Positions 34,326-43,907 are shown, counted from the first letter of the stretch. The stretch is DNA of 64,000 bases from an uncultured Thermoplasmata archaeon (GCA_963771555.1 CAVYTM010000003.1:392465-456464); one strand, 5' to 3'. The notes: generated from the letters alone by a model not told the origin. A program made the numbers and translations.

Positions 34326-35474
34326 ATGACGGGGCGAACGGTGGACCTCGTCGCCACCGGTCCGCCTCCGCTCGACCCGTACGACCCAGCGGCGAGCGCG
34401 TGGGGGCTCGCGGCCGCCCTCTCCTCGCAGGGCGACGGGGTGCGGGTCCTTCACCTTCCCGGTTCTCGGGCCGGAGCACCCCCACCCGGGGTCACGGCCG
34501 TCCCGGTCGATATCCCGCTGCGACGTCCGGGAGCCTCCGTCGAGCCCGCTGAGTTCGCGGTGGCGGTCGCCCGACACCTTCGTAAGCCCGTCGACCTCGT
34601 TCTTCGGGACCCGGTCGGACTGGGCACCCTCGGATACCGACGTGGGCGCCGCGGGCCTCCCGTGGTCGGAGCCTTCGTCCGGGGGGTTGAGCTCCGCGCC
34701 TACGAGGGAGAACGGCAGGGTCGCTCGCCGACCGGATTCGTCGACCGCCTCGACACCTGGCGTGACCATCGCGCGGTCCGGCGTCTCGAGCGGTCCGCGC
34801 TCGACGAGGCGGACCGGCTCCTCTACGACGCGGCCGAGGTCGCCCGGTCGCTCACGGAGGAATACGGCGTCCCCGCCCGCAAGCTCGTCGCCCTTCCGCC
34901 CGCCGTGCCACCGTTACCTCCGCTCCCCTCGAGGAACCAGTCCCGGGACGACCTTCGCATCCCGCCGGACGTGCCGGTCGTCGTGGCGCCCACGGCCTTC
35001 GAGGCGCCCGAGCCGAGCGGGGTGGACCGACTCCTCGAAGCCTTCCGACGGGTGCATCCGCTCTTTCCCGGGGTGCGGCTCGTGGTCTGGGGCGCTCCCG
35101 CTCCGAGCGACCCCGGGGTGATCGCGCTTCCCGACCGACGCGCCGCGACGCTCGCGACCGCGCTCGCGACGGCGGACGTGGCCGTCTTCGCCCGACGCGC
35201 TCCCGGCTTCGACCCGGGCGCGGTCCTCGCCGCTCGGGCCGGCGTTCCCCTGATCGTGCTTCCCGACGCTCGTCTTTCCGTCGACCCGGCGGGCGGCGCG
35301 CGGGTCGCGGCGAGCGACGACCCGGGCGACCTCGCCTCGGTGCTCGCGGAGCTTCTCGCCGACCCGGCGGCACGGAGGGAGGTCGGGCGTGCAGCCACCC
35401 GATTCGCGGAGGCGTTCCTTCCCGGTCGCGTCGCGACCGCGCTCAACGAGGCGCTCGCGCCCCCGACCGCCTAA
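34326..35474 (+). CDS. GT-B fold glycosyltransferase (GT4-like)
   Basis: 382-aa ORF. The C-terminal half has the pattern of GT1/GT4 enzymes (GVDRLLEAF...GVRLVVWG..., ..AGVPLIV..). Confidence 0.55.
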   Translation: MTGRTVDLVATGPPPLDPYDPAASAWGLAAALSSQGDGVRVLHLPGSRAGAPPPGVTAVPVDIPLRRPGASVEPAEFAVAVARHLRKPVDLVLRDPVGLGTLGYRRGRRGPPVVGAFVRGVELRAYEGERQGRSPTGFVDRLDTWRDHRAVRRLERSALDEADRLLYDAAEVARSLTEEYGVPARKLVALPPAVPPLPPLPSRNQSRDDLRIPPDVPVVVAPTAFEAPEPSGVDRLLEAFRRVHPLFPGVRLVVWGAPAPSDPGVIALPDRRAATLATALATADVAVFARRAPGFDPGAVLAARAGVPLIVLPDARLSVDPAGGARVAASDDPGDLASVLAELLADPAARREVGRAATRFAEAFLPGRVATALNEALAPPTA

Positions 35475-36031
35475 CGGTCGGGCGCCATCGGCTCGTCGAG
35501 CCGCCACTCCGCGAACCCGCGGCCCCCGGAAGCACGACGCACCGTACGCACGACCCCGGCCCACCGGACATCGGGAGGAAGTTCGCCGGAGTCGATGCGG
35601 TCGAGGACCGTACGGAAACGGACCCGCAGGTCGGAGAACGGGTCCGTCTCGCCGGGTCGGACCCACGGCGTAGCGACGCGCACGACCCGCACGGCACCCT
35701 CGTGCGCTACCCAGACGCCCACGGGCGCGGCTCTCGTCCCCACGGTGCGCTCGGCGAGACGCTCCGCGGCCCTTTCGGAGGGAAGGACCACCGCGACCCA
35801 GTCGCCCCAGGCACGTCGTTTAAGGGCCTGTACCAGCACCGCCCGGCTGTTCGCCACCTTCGCCTCCACGAGGCCTACTTCGTCGGCGCAACGCGCGACG
35901 AGGTCGAAGTAGTCGGTCGAATCCGGGTTCGGGTATACTCGAAACCCCAGTCCTCGCAAGTAGTTCGCCGCCGTCGCGACGACCTCTCGCTCGGAGATCC
36001 GGGTCCGTGGCGTCCCCGCCGTCGGGCTCAC
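35471..36031 (-). CDS. PD-(D/E)xK nuclease-like protein, last gene of the mutS-mutL operon
   Basis: 186-aa ORF. GTG 36031 overlaps the mutL stop (GTGA). N-terminal YLRGLGFRVY..DYFDLVARCADEVGLVEAKV matches the D..(D/E)xK core seen in Hjc/YraN/NucS-type nucleases. The C-terminal ~100 aa are unassigned. Confidence 0.5.
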   Translation of the reverse strand: MSPTAGTPRTRISEREVVATAANYLRGLGFRVYPNPDSTDYFDLVARCADEVGLVEAKVANSRAVLVQALKRRAWGDWVAVVLPSERAAERLAERTVGTRAAPVGVWVAHEGAVRVVRVATPWVRPGETDPFSDLRVRFRTVLDRIDSGELPPDVRWAGVVRTVRRASGGRGFAEWRLDEPMAPDR

Positions 36032-37788
36032 GGTCCGCTCCTTAAGAACCAGCGGTCGAGCCGGGTCCGGGGGATCCCGAGAACGATCGGTCGGCCATGG
36101 GGACAGGAGAACGCGGCTTCGGGGAGCGCGTGGAGAGCGGCCAGCACTCGGGAGAACTCCTCCACGTCCACGGCATCGCCCCCTCGCAGGGCCGCGTGAC
36201 AGGCCACAGTCGCGGCCCGCCGCTCTTCGAGCCCGTCGGGCAGCGTCGGTCGGCCACCGCTCGCGAGCTCGTCGAGGAGTTCGGAGACCGCTTCCGGCCG
36301 CGCGGAACGTCCGCGATACGACGGGACCGAGCGGACGAGGAACGATTCCGGTCCGAACGACTCAATGTCGAAGCCCGCGGACCGAACGGTCGCTCCGTGG
36401 ACCTCGAGGGCGTTTCGCTGGGCGCCGGTGAGCCGCAGCGTGACCGGAGCGACCAGGGTCTGGTGCTGGAGCGTTCCGGCCCGCAAGAGCTCCTCGTAGA
36501 CGACACGCTCGCTCGCGGCGTGCTGGTCGATGAGGACGAGGCCCTCGTCGCTCTCGGCGACCCAGTAGAGAGCGTGCAAGCAGCCGAGCAGCTTGAGCCG
36601 GGGATGGCCACCGCCCGCGGGCAGGGAGGATGCCGGCCGGGCCTCGTCGGCGCCTTCGAGCGTGCGCTGGACTCCCGGGCTCGCTGGCCCGGGAGCGGCG
36701 ACACCACCACTCCCGGACCGCCCGCCGAGGGCCGAACGCACCGCTTCGCGCGTCGCAGGAAGGTCGGCCACCTGACGCGAGCCGACGAGCGCCTCCCGCA
36801 CACGGATCCGCACGGCATCGATCATTTCCCGCTCCTGGGCGAATCGCACTTCGCGCTTCGTCGGGTGGACGTTCACGTCGAGGCGGTCGGGGGCGACCTC
36901 GAGATGGAGGACGCCGACCGGGAAACGGGCGCGGGGCAGGTAGTCGCCAAAGGCGACCCGCACCGCCTGGGCGATGGGCCGGGAAGTGATGGACCGACCG
37001 TTGACCGCCAGGAACAGCGCTCGGGAGGAGGCGACCGCGACCTCGGGCCGGCCGAGGGCCCCGAAAAGCCGGCCGCCGGGAATCTCCTGCGAAAGTTCGA
37101 ACGACGACGCAAGGAACCCCGGCCCGAGGACCCGCGTCGCGGCATCCCGGAGGTCGTGGGCCGGCGGATACGACGCGACTTCCCGGCCTTCCGACTCGAC
37201 CCGGAGGCCCACCTGGGGCCGCGCGAGATAGAGGCGCTCGACCGTCTGGAGGACTTCCACCTGCTCCGCGGGTGGGCTATTCAGGAACTTGCGCCGCGCC
37301 GGGGTGTTGAAGAAGAGCTCCTCGACCTCGACGGTCGTGCCGGGCGCTCGTGCCGCGGTGAAACGACCGGCCAGCGAGCCGCCGACCACCGAGATCCCTT
37401 CGGCCCGGTCGCGGTCGGGCGGTCGGGAGAGGAGGCGAAAGCGCGAGACCGAGGCGATGGCCGCGAGCGCTTCGCCACGGAAGCCCAGCGTCCCGATCCG
37501 CTCGACCGGGCCCTCCGGGTCGATCTTGCTCGTGGCGTGTCGCTCGACCGCGAGCTCGAGCTCGTCGGGGTCGATCCCTAACCCGTCGTCCGCGACCTCG
37601 ATCCGTTCGAGACCGCCTCCGGTGAGACGGACGGTGACCGAGGACGCACCTGCGTCCACAGCGTTCTCGACGAGTTCCTTGACCACTGATGCGGGGCGCT
37701 CCACCACCTCGCCGGCGGCGATCCGCTCGACCGTTTCGCTCGAGAGGCGCCGGATGGGCCGACGTGGCGTTAAGGGAACCGCCGTCAC
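36028..37788 (-). CDS. mutL: DNA mismatch repair protein MutL (endonuclease-proficient type)
   Basis: 586-aa ORF. GTG start overlaps the mutS stop. GHKL ATPase motif ELVENAVDAG, endonuclease motif DQHAASERVVYEE, and CPHGRP. Confidence 0.95.
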   Translation of the reverse strand: MTAVPLTPRRPIRRLSSETVERIAAGEVVERPASVVKELVENAVDAGASSVTVRLTGGGLERIEVADDGLGIDPDELELAVERHATSKIDPEGPVERIGTLGFRGEALAAIASVSRFRLLSRPPDRDRAEGISVVGGSLAGRFTAARAPGTTVEVEELFFNTPARRKFLNSPPAEQVEVLQTVERLYLARPQVGLRVESEGREVASYPPAHDLRDAATRVLGPGFLASSFELSQEIPGGRLFGALGRPEVAVASSRALFLAVNGRSITSRPIAQAVRVAFGDYLPRARFPVGVLHLEVAPDRLDVNVHPTKREVRFAQEREMIDAVRIRVREALVGSRQVADLPATREAVRSALGGRSGSGGVAAPGPASPGVQRTLEGADEARPASSLPAGGGHPRLKLLGCLHALYWVAESDEGLVLIDQHAASERVVYEELLRAGTLQHQTLVAPVTLRLTGAQRNALEVHGATVRSAGFDIESFGPESFLVRSVPSYRGRSARPEAVSELLDELASGGRPTLPDGLEERRAATVACHAALRGGDAVDVEEFSRVLAALHALPEAAFSCPHGRPIVLGIPRTRLDRWFLRSGP

Positions 37789-40412
37789 GGGGACTTCTCC
37801 TCGGGCGCGACGTCGCTCGTCGCTCGGCGCTTGAGCTCCCGAAGCAGGCGGGCGGACTCATCGGGGGAGAGGCGGTCCGGGTCGAGGCGACGGAGCTCGT
37901 CAACCACCGGGTGCTCGGGCGCTCCCTCCGAGAGGAGCACCGCTTGCGTGTACCGCGGGCCCCGACGGCGGCCGCCCTTCACCGCCGTCGGCACGACGCT
38001 CTCGCTCTCGAGGCGGCGCAGCAAGCGCTCGGCCTCTTCGAGGACACCCTCCGGTACGCCGGCGAGGCGTGCGACGTGGACCCCGTAGCTACGGTCCGTC
38101 GCGCCCGGGACGAGACGGTGCAGGAAGACGATCCCGTCGGGACCCTCCCGGACCGCGAAGTGCGCGTTCTGAGCGGCGGAAAGCCCTCGAACGAGGTCGG
38201 TGAGTTGGTGGTAGTGCGTCGCGAGTAGACTTCGCGCCCGGGTCGCGTCGTGGATGTGCCGAAGCGTAGCCCACGCGATCGCGAGGCCGTCGAAGGTGCT
38301 GGTCCCGCGGCCGACCTCGTCGAGCAGGATGAGGGAACGGTCGTCGGCCGCCCGTAGGATCTCAGCGACCTCGCTCATCTCGACCATGAAGCTTGACTTC
38401 CCGCGACCGATCTCGTCCGTGAATCCCATCCGGGTGAACAGTTGCGTCACGAGTCCGACCCGGGCGAACTTCGCGGGCACGAACGAGCCGGCTTGGGCGA
38501 GTACGACGAGAAGCCCGACCTGGCGCATGTAGGTCGATTTCCCCGACATGTTCGGACCCGTGAGGATGAGCATCCGTCGCGCGTCCGGCTCGAGGTCGGT
38601 GTCGTTCGGGACGAACGATTCCCCGAGCAATCGGTCGAGCACGGGATGACGACCGTCGCGTAGCACGAGGACCGAGGAGTCGTCGACCGTCGGGCGAACG
38701 TACCCCCGGGTCTGAGCGAGGTGAGCGAACGTGGCAAGGGCATCGAGTTCGCCCACCGCTCGGCTCACCCGATGCACGGCCGGCACGTGCCGCTCGACGG
38801 CGTCGAGCAGCTCCTCCCATCGGACCGCCTCGGCCGTCCGGATCCCTTCCCGGGCCTCGAGGATCCGCCGCTCGATCTCCTCGAGCTTGTCGGAGGTGAA
38901 TCGTTCCGCCTGAGCCACCGTCTGACGCCGGCGGAAGTGCGGCGGGACTCGGGCGAGGTTCGGCTTGGTGACCTCGATGTAGTAGCCGAACACCTGATTG
39001 TATCCGACCTTGAGCGTCCGGATGCCGGTCGCTTCCTGCTCGGCGTTCTCGAGGGCGGCCATCTCGCCGAGCGCCGCCCGTTCCGCGTCCCGCCAACGGT
39101 CCACTTCGGGCGCGTGACCGAGACGGAACAGCTCGGGGGATTCATCGGCCAGGGAGGGGGTCTCGGGGAGAGCGGTCCGAAGTAGAGCGACGAGTCCCGC
39201 GGGGGGGGCGAGCTCGCGGGCGAGCGACCCGAGACGGGACGAGGTCTTCGCCTCTCCGAGGTTCCCGCCCAGTGCCTCCGCGGTCTCGAGCCCGGCACGG
39301 AGCGCGATCAGCTCGTTGGGCCGAACCCGTCGTCCCGCGACGCGCGCCGCGATCCGGGATAGGTCGGGAATCGACCGAAGACGGGTTCGCCAACCTTCGA
39401 GCTCGGCGCCGCGGTCGGCGAGCGCCCCGACGGCGTCCTGGCGAAGGGCGATGGACGAAACGTCCGCGAGCGGGTTCGTGAGCCAGAACGCGAGCGTCCG
39501 ACGTCCGGGTGCGGTGACCGTTTCGTCCCAGGTCCCGAGAAGGGTCACGCCCTTCGCATCGTCCGGGTTCATCGGTCGGTTGATCTCGAGATGTCGCAAG
39601 GTTTTCGCGTCGAGGACGAGGCGGCGACCGCCCGAGGCGCGTTCGACGAGACCCAGGTACGGAAGTAGGCGAGGTTGGGTCACGCGCAGGTAGGCCGCGA
39701 GCCGACGGTCCGCCTCGCGGACTTCGCCGGCCCCGGTCGACTCAGCGCGCAGCGCGGGGGGCAGCTCTCCCTCGGCCACCGGCGCCGGTGCAGCTTCGAG
39801 ACGCGCCGCCGGGAACTCCCGTCGGAGCGCGGCGAGCAGGGAGATCGCGGTGGGCTCTTCGGCAGCGCTCCAGAGGATCTCGCGAGGGTGGAACGCCGCG
39901 AGGGTGGACACGAGGCCTTCCGGACCGGGTCCGTCCGCCGGACCGTGATACCATTCTCCGGTCGTGATGTCGACGGCGGCGTATGCCCCCACGTTCCGGG
40001 GCAGGGCGATGATGCTCACGAGGAAATTGTGTTCGGGGCCCCCCAGGATCCCGTCCTCGACGACGGTTCCGGGGGTGACGACCCGGGTGACCTCTCGTCG
40101 AACCAGCCCCTTCGCGAAACGCGCGTCCTCGACCTGGTCGCAGATCGCGACCTTGTACCCTTTGCGGACCAACCGTCCGAGGTACGTCTCGACCGCGTGG
40201 TGCGGGACGCCGGCCATCGGGGTCCGAATCCCGAGGGCATCCGCGGACCGGGCCGTGAGCACGACGTCGAGTTCGCGCGCCAAGAGGCGCGCATCGTCCC
40301 CGAACGTCTCGTAGAAGTCCCCGACGCGGAACAGGACGAGGTGTCCGGGGTATCGGGCTTTGATCCCCTGATACTGCTCGAGGAGTGGAGTCAGGGACGA
40401 GACGTCGGGCAT
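37785..40412 (-). CDS. mutS: DNA mismatch repair protein MutS
   Basis: ORF 37785..40517 trimmed to ATG 40412 (MPDVSSLTPLLEQYQGIKARYPG..FRVGDFYETFGDDA) so it does not overlap tRNA-Ser. Walker A GPNMSGKSTYMRQ and DEVGRGTST. Confidence 0.95.
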   Translation of the reverse strand: MPDVSSLTPLLEQYQGIKARYPGHLVLFRVGDFYETFGDDARLLARELDVVLTARSADALGIRTPMAGVPHHAVETYLGRLVRKGYKVAICDQVEDARFAKGLVRREVTRVVTPGTVVEDGILGGPEHNFLVSIIALPRNVGAYAAVDITTGEWYHGPADGPGPEGLVSTLAAFHPREILWSAAEEPTAISLLAALRREFPAARLEAAPAPVAEGELPPALRAESTGAGEVREADRRLAAYLRVTQPRLLPYLGLVERASGGRRLVLDAKTLRHLEINRPMNPDDAKGVTLLGTWDETVTAPGRRTLAFWLTNPLADVSSIALRQDAVGALADRGAELEGWRTRLRSIPDLSRIAARVAGRRVRPNELIALRAGLETAEALGGNLGEAKTSSRLGSLARELAPPAGLVALLRTALPETPSLADESPELFRLGHAPEVDRWRDAERAALGEMAALENAEQEATGIRTLKVGYNQVFGYYIEVTKPNLARVPPHFRRRQTVAQAERFTSDKLEEIERRILEAREGIRTAEAVRWEELLDAVERHVPAVHRVSRAVGELDALATFAHLAQTRGYVRPTVDDSSVLVLRDGRHPVLDRLLGESFVPNDTDLEPDARRMLILTGPNMSGKSTYMRQVGLLVVLAQAGSFVPAKFARVGLVTQLFTRMGFTDEIGRGKSSFMVEMSEVAEILRAADDRSLILLDEVGRGTSTFDGLAIAWATLRHIHDATRARSLLATHYHQLTDLVRGLSAAQNAHFAVREGPDGIVFLHRLVPGATDRSYGVHVARLAGVPEGVLEEAERLLRRLESESVVPTAVKGGRRRGPRYTQAVLLSEGAPEHPVVDELRRLDPDRLSPDESARLLRELKRRATSDVAPEEKSP

Positions 40413-40438
40413 CGAACGCGCGGACGAGCGGTGGTAGG

Positions 40439-40446
40439 GATATAAT
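40439..40446 (-). promoter_or_regulatory. TATA box (ATTATATC on minus strand) upstream of mutS
   Basis: Lies 27-34 nt upstream of ATG 40412, in the 54-nt spacer after tRNA-Ser. Consistent with a leaderless mutS transcript. Confidence 0.45.
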
Positions 40447-40466
40447 CCAACTGGCGAGCCAGCGGG

Positions 40467-40550
40467 CGCTGAGGGGGAGATTTGAACTCCCGTGGCGGAA
40501 CCGCCACCAGCTTTCAAGGCTGGCGCCTTGCCGGGCTAGGCTACCTCAGC
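40467..40550 (-). tRNA. tRNA-Ser (anticodon UGA), class II with long variable arm, no intron
   Basis: Reverse complement: GCTGAGG TA GCC TAGCCCGGCAA GGC G CCAGC CTTGAAA GCTGG TGGCGGTTCCGCCAC GGGAG TTCAAAT CTCCC CCTCAGC G. Confidence 0.9.
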
Positions 40551-40616
40551 GCACCGGACCGAGCGGAACCCGGTGGAATAAACCCTCGCTCCCGCACGGG
40601 GTCCGGGGCGGCGGAA

Positions 40617-40717
40617 TGCAGGCGCCGGGAGATTCGCGCGGGACCCGAGGGGTCCCGCGTTTCGAACCCGGGTGGTCAGCTTGGAAGGCTGACATCCTAC
40701 CGCTAGATTACACCTGC
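40617..40717 (-). tRNA. tRNA-Gly (anticodon UCC) with a 30-nt intron in the T-loop
   Basis: Reverse complement: GCAGGTG TA ATCT AGCGGTA GGAT G TCAGC CTTCCAA GCTGA CCAC CCGGG TTCGAA[ACGCGGGACCCCTCGGGTCCCGCGCGAATC]T CCCGG CGCCTGC A. The mature form is 71 nt. The insert is a near-perfect hairpin. Confidence 0.8.
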
Positions 40718-40757
40718 ACGGCCGCCTTCGGACCGCGGGCGCGACCGTGCCACGCGG

Positions 40758-41324
40758 TTAAGGCTTTTCGGCAGTGGGGTGCGCGGCCGGGGCGGAGAGG
40801 TCGAGGAGCGCGACACGTTCCAGCACGAGACCCTCCCAACCGCTCGACGGGACGGCGCTCCGCTCCGCCGCCTCGATCCCCAAGCGGTCGAGAAGCGCGA
40901 CGTCCACCGGTCGCGGGTACGCGGACGGGTCCGGTGCGAGTTCGAAGCGGGCGAGGAGGAGCGCGGGATCGTGCGGACGTTCGGTGACGAGCACGAACTG
41001 TTCGGTCGATTCCGAAACCCCGACCTTGGCGAGCGCTCGGGGAAGTTGGTCGTCCCCTGCAACGAAGAGGGCGAACTCCGCGCCCCGGTCTCGCAGGCGC
41101 GATTCGCCGCGACCTCGCGCCCGGCCGAGGTGCGCCCACGCGGAGAGCAAATGCCGTTCGCCCGCGATCGCGTGGGCGTCGAAGAGGGCAACGAGCGCCG
41201 GTGACTCCTTCGCTAGTTCTCGCAGCGTTCGAACGATGGTCGGAGTTGTGGGGCTGCCGGGGCGCATCCGCCGAGCGCCGAGCGCGCGCACCGGACTCTC
41301 CTCGGGCGGGGGCAACGGGACCAT
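40758..41324 (-). CDS. cgi121: KEOPS complex subunit Cgi121
   Basis: ATG 41324 (or 41267) inside ORF 40758..41705. HLLSAWAHLGRA...RDRGAEFALFVAGDDQLPRALAKVGV matches the Cgi121 core pattern. Confidence 0.6.
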   Translation of the reverse strand: MVPLPPPEESPVRALGARRMRPGSPTTPTIVRTLRELAKESPALVALFDAHAIAGERHLLSAWAHLGRARGRGESRLRDRGAEFALFVAGDDQLPRALAKVGVSESTEQFVLVTERPHDPALLLARFELAPDPSAYPRPVDVALLDRLGIEAAERSAVPSSGWEGLVLERVALLDLSAPAAHPTAEKP

Positions 41325-41334
41325 GCGGACGAGC

Positions 41335-41946
41335 TCACTCCCGCATGAACTTGAGGAACTCGTCGAGCGTACGGGGCTGGAGCGTGTAGTTCTCCTTTCG
41401 CTCGCGGCCGATGGTCGAGGTCGGTGACGTACCGTAGTCGTGGCCCGGGAGCACCACGAGCGCGTCGTCCAAGGTGAGGAGGCGGCGATGCAGGCTGTCG
41501 TAGAGCTCGGCCGGACTTCCGCCCGGAAGGTCGGTCCGTCCGCATTCCCCGACGAAGAGAGTGTCGCCCGTAGCGACGTTTCCCTCGAACACGTAGAGGA
41601 CGCTGTCCTTCGTGTGGCCGGGAGTGTGCACGACATGGAATCGAAGATCCCCGACGCTGACCGCGTCCCCGTCGGCCACGGACACGTCCTGGTGGAGCGG
41701 CGCAACGCGGTGGGCGACGACCTTGGCGCCGGTCCGGTCCTTCACGTCCTGGTTGCCGGCGACGTGGTCAGGGTGGCTGTGCGTGTTGAGGATGTAGCGG
41801 ACCTTCACACCCCTCGCGTCGATCGCCTCGAGCACCGGGTCGATGCCGAAGGACGGGTCGATGACGACTCCCTCGCCACCGGGCTCCTCCGCCACGAGGT
41901 AGGTGAAGTTGAGGTACGGGCCGATGCGGAATTGGTCGAGCAGCAC
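41335..41946 (-). CDS. MBL-fold metallo-hydrolase (glyoxalase II-like)
   Basis: GTG 41946 inside ORF 41335..42327. LNTHSHPDHVAGN zinc motif, HTPGHT and LPGHDYG. Confidence 0.8.
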   Translation of the reverse strand: MLLDQFRIGPYLNFTYLVAEEPGGEGVVIDPSFGIDPVLEAIDARGVKVRYILNTHSHPDHVAGNQDVKDRTGAKVVAHRVAPLHQDVSVADGDAVSVGDLRFHVVHTPGHTKDSVLYVFEGNVATGDTLFVGECGRTDLPGGSPAELYDSLHRRLLTLDDALVVLPGHDYGTSPTSTIGRERKENYTLQPRTLDEFLKFMRE

Positions 41947-41989
41947 GTCCGGTCGAGAAGAGGACCGTATTTGACACCGGGGGAACGGG

Positions 41990-42973
41990 TTATGCGCCGC
42001 CCGGCTCGGCCGCGCTCGTCCGCCGCCCCGTGACCGCGTCGAGGACGACCCGGCCCTGCGCACCTTCGGCGTACCAGTGAGGTACATAGAGTAGGACGAA
42101 CGGACCGAGCCGGATGTCGTCGGCCGTGGGAGGGACGCGGCGCGTTTCGATGACGAGCGCGCCCTGGTGTTGCTCGGTGTGGTCGACGTGCACCGTGTGA
42201 TGGCGACGGATCGCGTCGAGCGCGATCGGAGCGACCTGGGATTCCTCGAGCTGCGGAGCGAGCCGCTGATGCGGTTCCGCGAGGTCGCCGATGAGCTCGC
42301 GTTCCTCGTCCCCCCAGATCTCGGCACGACGCGTCACGGCGTTGATCGCGACCAGGTTCCGGACCACCGTGCCGTGGCCTCCCGCCGGCGACGCCGGGCG
42401 GACCCGGTACGCGGCCACGAAGAACGGGACAAGACGCAGTGTGTACCGGGGGCCGTCGACGCCGGCGAGGGTCTCGGCTTCCGAACGGCCGATCCGGGGC
42501 CGCACGGTTCGCTCGCTCTCCGGTGCGATCGCGAAGGGCGGCTCGAGTGGGGCACCCGATTCCGCGTCGACCGGCGAAAGCTCCGCCTCCACCGGGGGGA
42601 GCAGGAGGAGTTCGCCGAGGCCCGGACCGAGGGTGGACGGGTCGAGGATATCGATCCCGCGCTCGGCGGCCACGGCCCGGGCGGTCTCCCCGGGCTCATC
42701 GTCGTAGACGATCGTTCGGTGCAGGCTCTCGACGGGAAAGAGCGCCTCCACGTCCGCCGGAGAACGGGCGGCCGCCAGCACGACGACGGCTCTTCGGTCA
42801 CGGCCGCGGACCGCGAGCAGCGTGTCGGGACGGACGTCCAAATGGTAGCCCGCTGCCTCGAGGAGCTTTCCGAGGATCGAGCCGGGGTTCCCTCCTCGGG
42901 TCATCGGGTCGAGGACGCGCACCCGGGAATATCCTTCTTGCGTTGGTCGCGCGACGGAGCGGGAGTTCGCCAC
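41990..42973 (-). CDS. hypothetical protein
   Basis: 327-aa ORF with normal composition and no motif I can assign. An internal start at M24 is also possible. Confidence 0.5.
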   Translation of the reverse strand: MANSRSVARPTQEGYSRVRVLDPMTRGGNPGSILGKLLEAAGYHLDVRPDTLLAVRGRDRRAVVVLAAARSPADVEALFPVESLHRTIVYDDEPGETARAVAAERGIDILDPSTLGPGLGELLLLPPVEAELSPVDAESGAPLEPPFAIAPESERTVRPRIGRSEAETLAGVDGPRYTLRLVPFFVAAYRVRPASPAGGHGTVVRNLVAINAVTRRAEIWGDEERELIGDLAEPHQRLAPQLEESQVAPIALDAIRRHHTVHVDHTEQHQGALVIETRRVPPTADDIRLGPFVLLYVPHWYAEGAQGRVVLDAVTGRRTSAAEPGGA

Positions 42974-43037
42974 CCGACGGAGCCGACCACCGGCGCGGGC
43001 AAAAAACGGCTAAGGCCCGGCGCCGCTGGGGGTCCTT

Positions 43038-43907
43038 GTGGGCCGGTACTGGGTCGGTTGCTCCGGATGGGCGTACGACGATTGGGTCGGCCCTTTCTAT
43101 CCGCTCGGAACGCCCCCCGGCGACTTCCTCAGCTGCTACGCGCGCGTGTTCCGTACCGTCGAGGTCGATTCGAGCTTCTACCGAGCTCCGAGTCCCTTCC
43201 TCGTGCGTCGATGGGCCGAGCGAACGCCCGAAGGATTCCGGTTCGCTCTCAAGGTCCCTCGGGAGGTCACCCACGAGGCGACCCCCCAGTCCGTTCACGA
43301 TGTCCTCGACCCCTTCCTCGCCAGTCTCGAGCCGCTTCGCTCGCGCGGCAAGCTCGGGCCGGTCGTGCTCCAGTTCCCGCCGTCGTTCCGGGCCGGACCG
43401 GGAAGGGCTCGGCTCGAAACCCTCCTCGAAGCGGTGCCCCGGGAGTACTCACTCGCGGTCGAGCTTCGACACGGCTCCTGGTGGACCGAAACGACTCGCT
43501 CGCTGCTGGCACGACGGGGAGCGGCGCTGGTCTGGTCGGTTGTCCCGGAGACCCGGCCCCCTCCTTGGGTCACCGGGGACTTCCTCTACGCCCGGTTCAT
43601 CGGCGACCGGGCCCTCACGCAGTTCGGTCGCATCCAGCGGGACGCTCGACCGGAGATCGTTACGATGAAGCGTCTCTTCGAGAACGAGGGGAGCCCGGTC
43701 GACAGCGTCTTCGCCTTCGCCAACAACCATTTCATGGGTTTTGGTCCCGGGACCGCCGCCGTGATCTCCGAGGTGCTCGGAGAACCGGTCCCCGACCTCG
43801 GGGCGGCCGGTCGCCGACCCGGGCAGAGCCGCCTCGAATCCGGCCCCGGTCTCAGGCGCGGTCCGCGGGCGAACCATCGCGCAACGCCGGGCTCGACCTC
43901 AGGATGA
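43038..43907 (+). CDS. DUF72 (YecE-like) family protein
   Basis: 289-aa ORF with GTG start. N-terminus GRYWVGCSGWAYDDWVGPFYP and ..FANNHFMGFGPGTAA.. are DUF72 signatures. Confidence 0.75.
   Translation: MGRYWVGCSGWAYDDWVGPFYPLGTPPGDFLSCYARVFRTVEVDSSFYRAPSPFLVRRWAERTPEGFRFALKVPREVTHEATPQSVHDVLDPFLASLEPLRSRGKLGPVVLQFPPSFRAGPGRARLETLLEAVPREYSLAVELRHGSWWTETTRSLLARRGAALVWSVVPETRPPPWVTGDFLYARFIGDRALTQFGRIQRDARPEIVTMKRLFENEGSPVDSVFAFANNHFMGFGPGTAAVISEVLGEPVPDLGAAGRRPGQSRLESGPGLRRGPRANHRATPGSTSG

Noticed and set aside
40413-40760. The tandem tRNA-Gly/tRNA-Ser locus as an integration hotspot for a mobile element.
   Set aside because: There is no integrase, no direct repeat of a tRNA 3' half, and no compositional shift. 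Both flanks are housekeeping genes.
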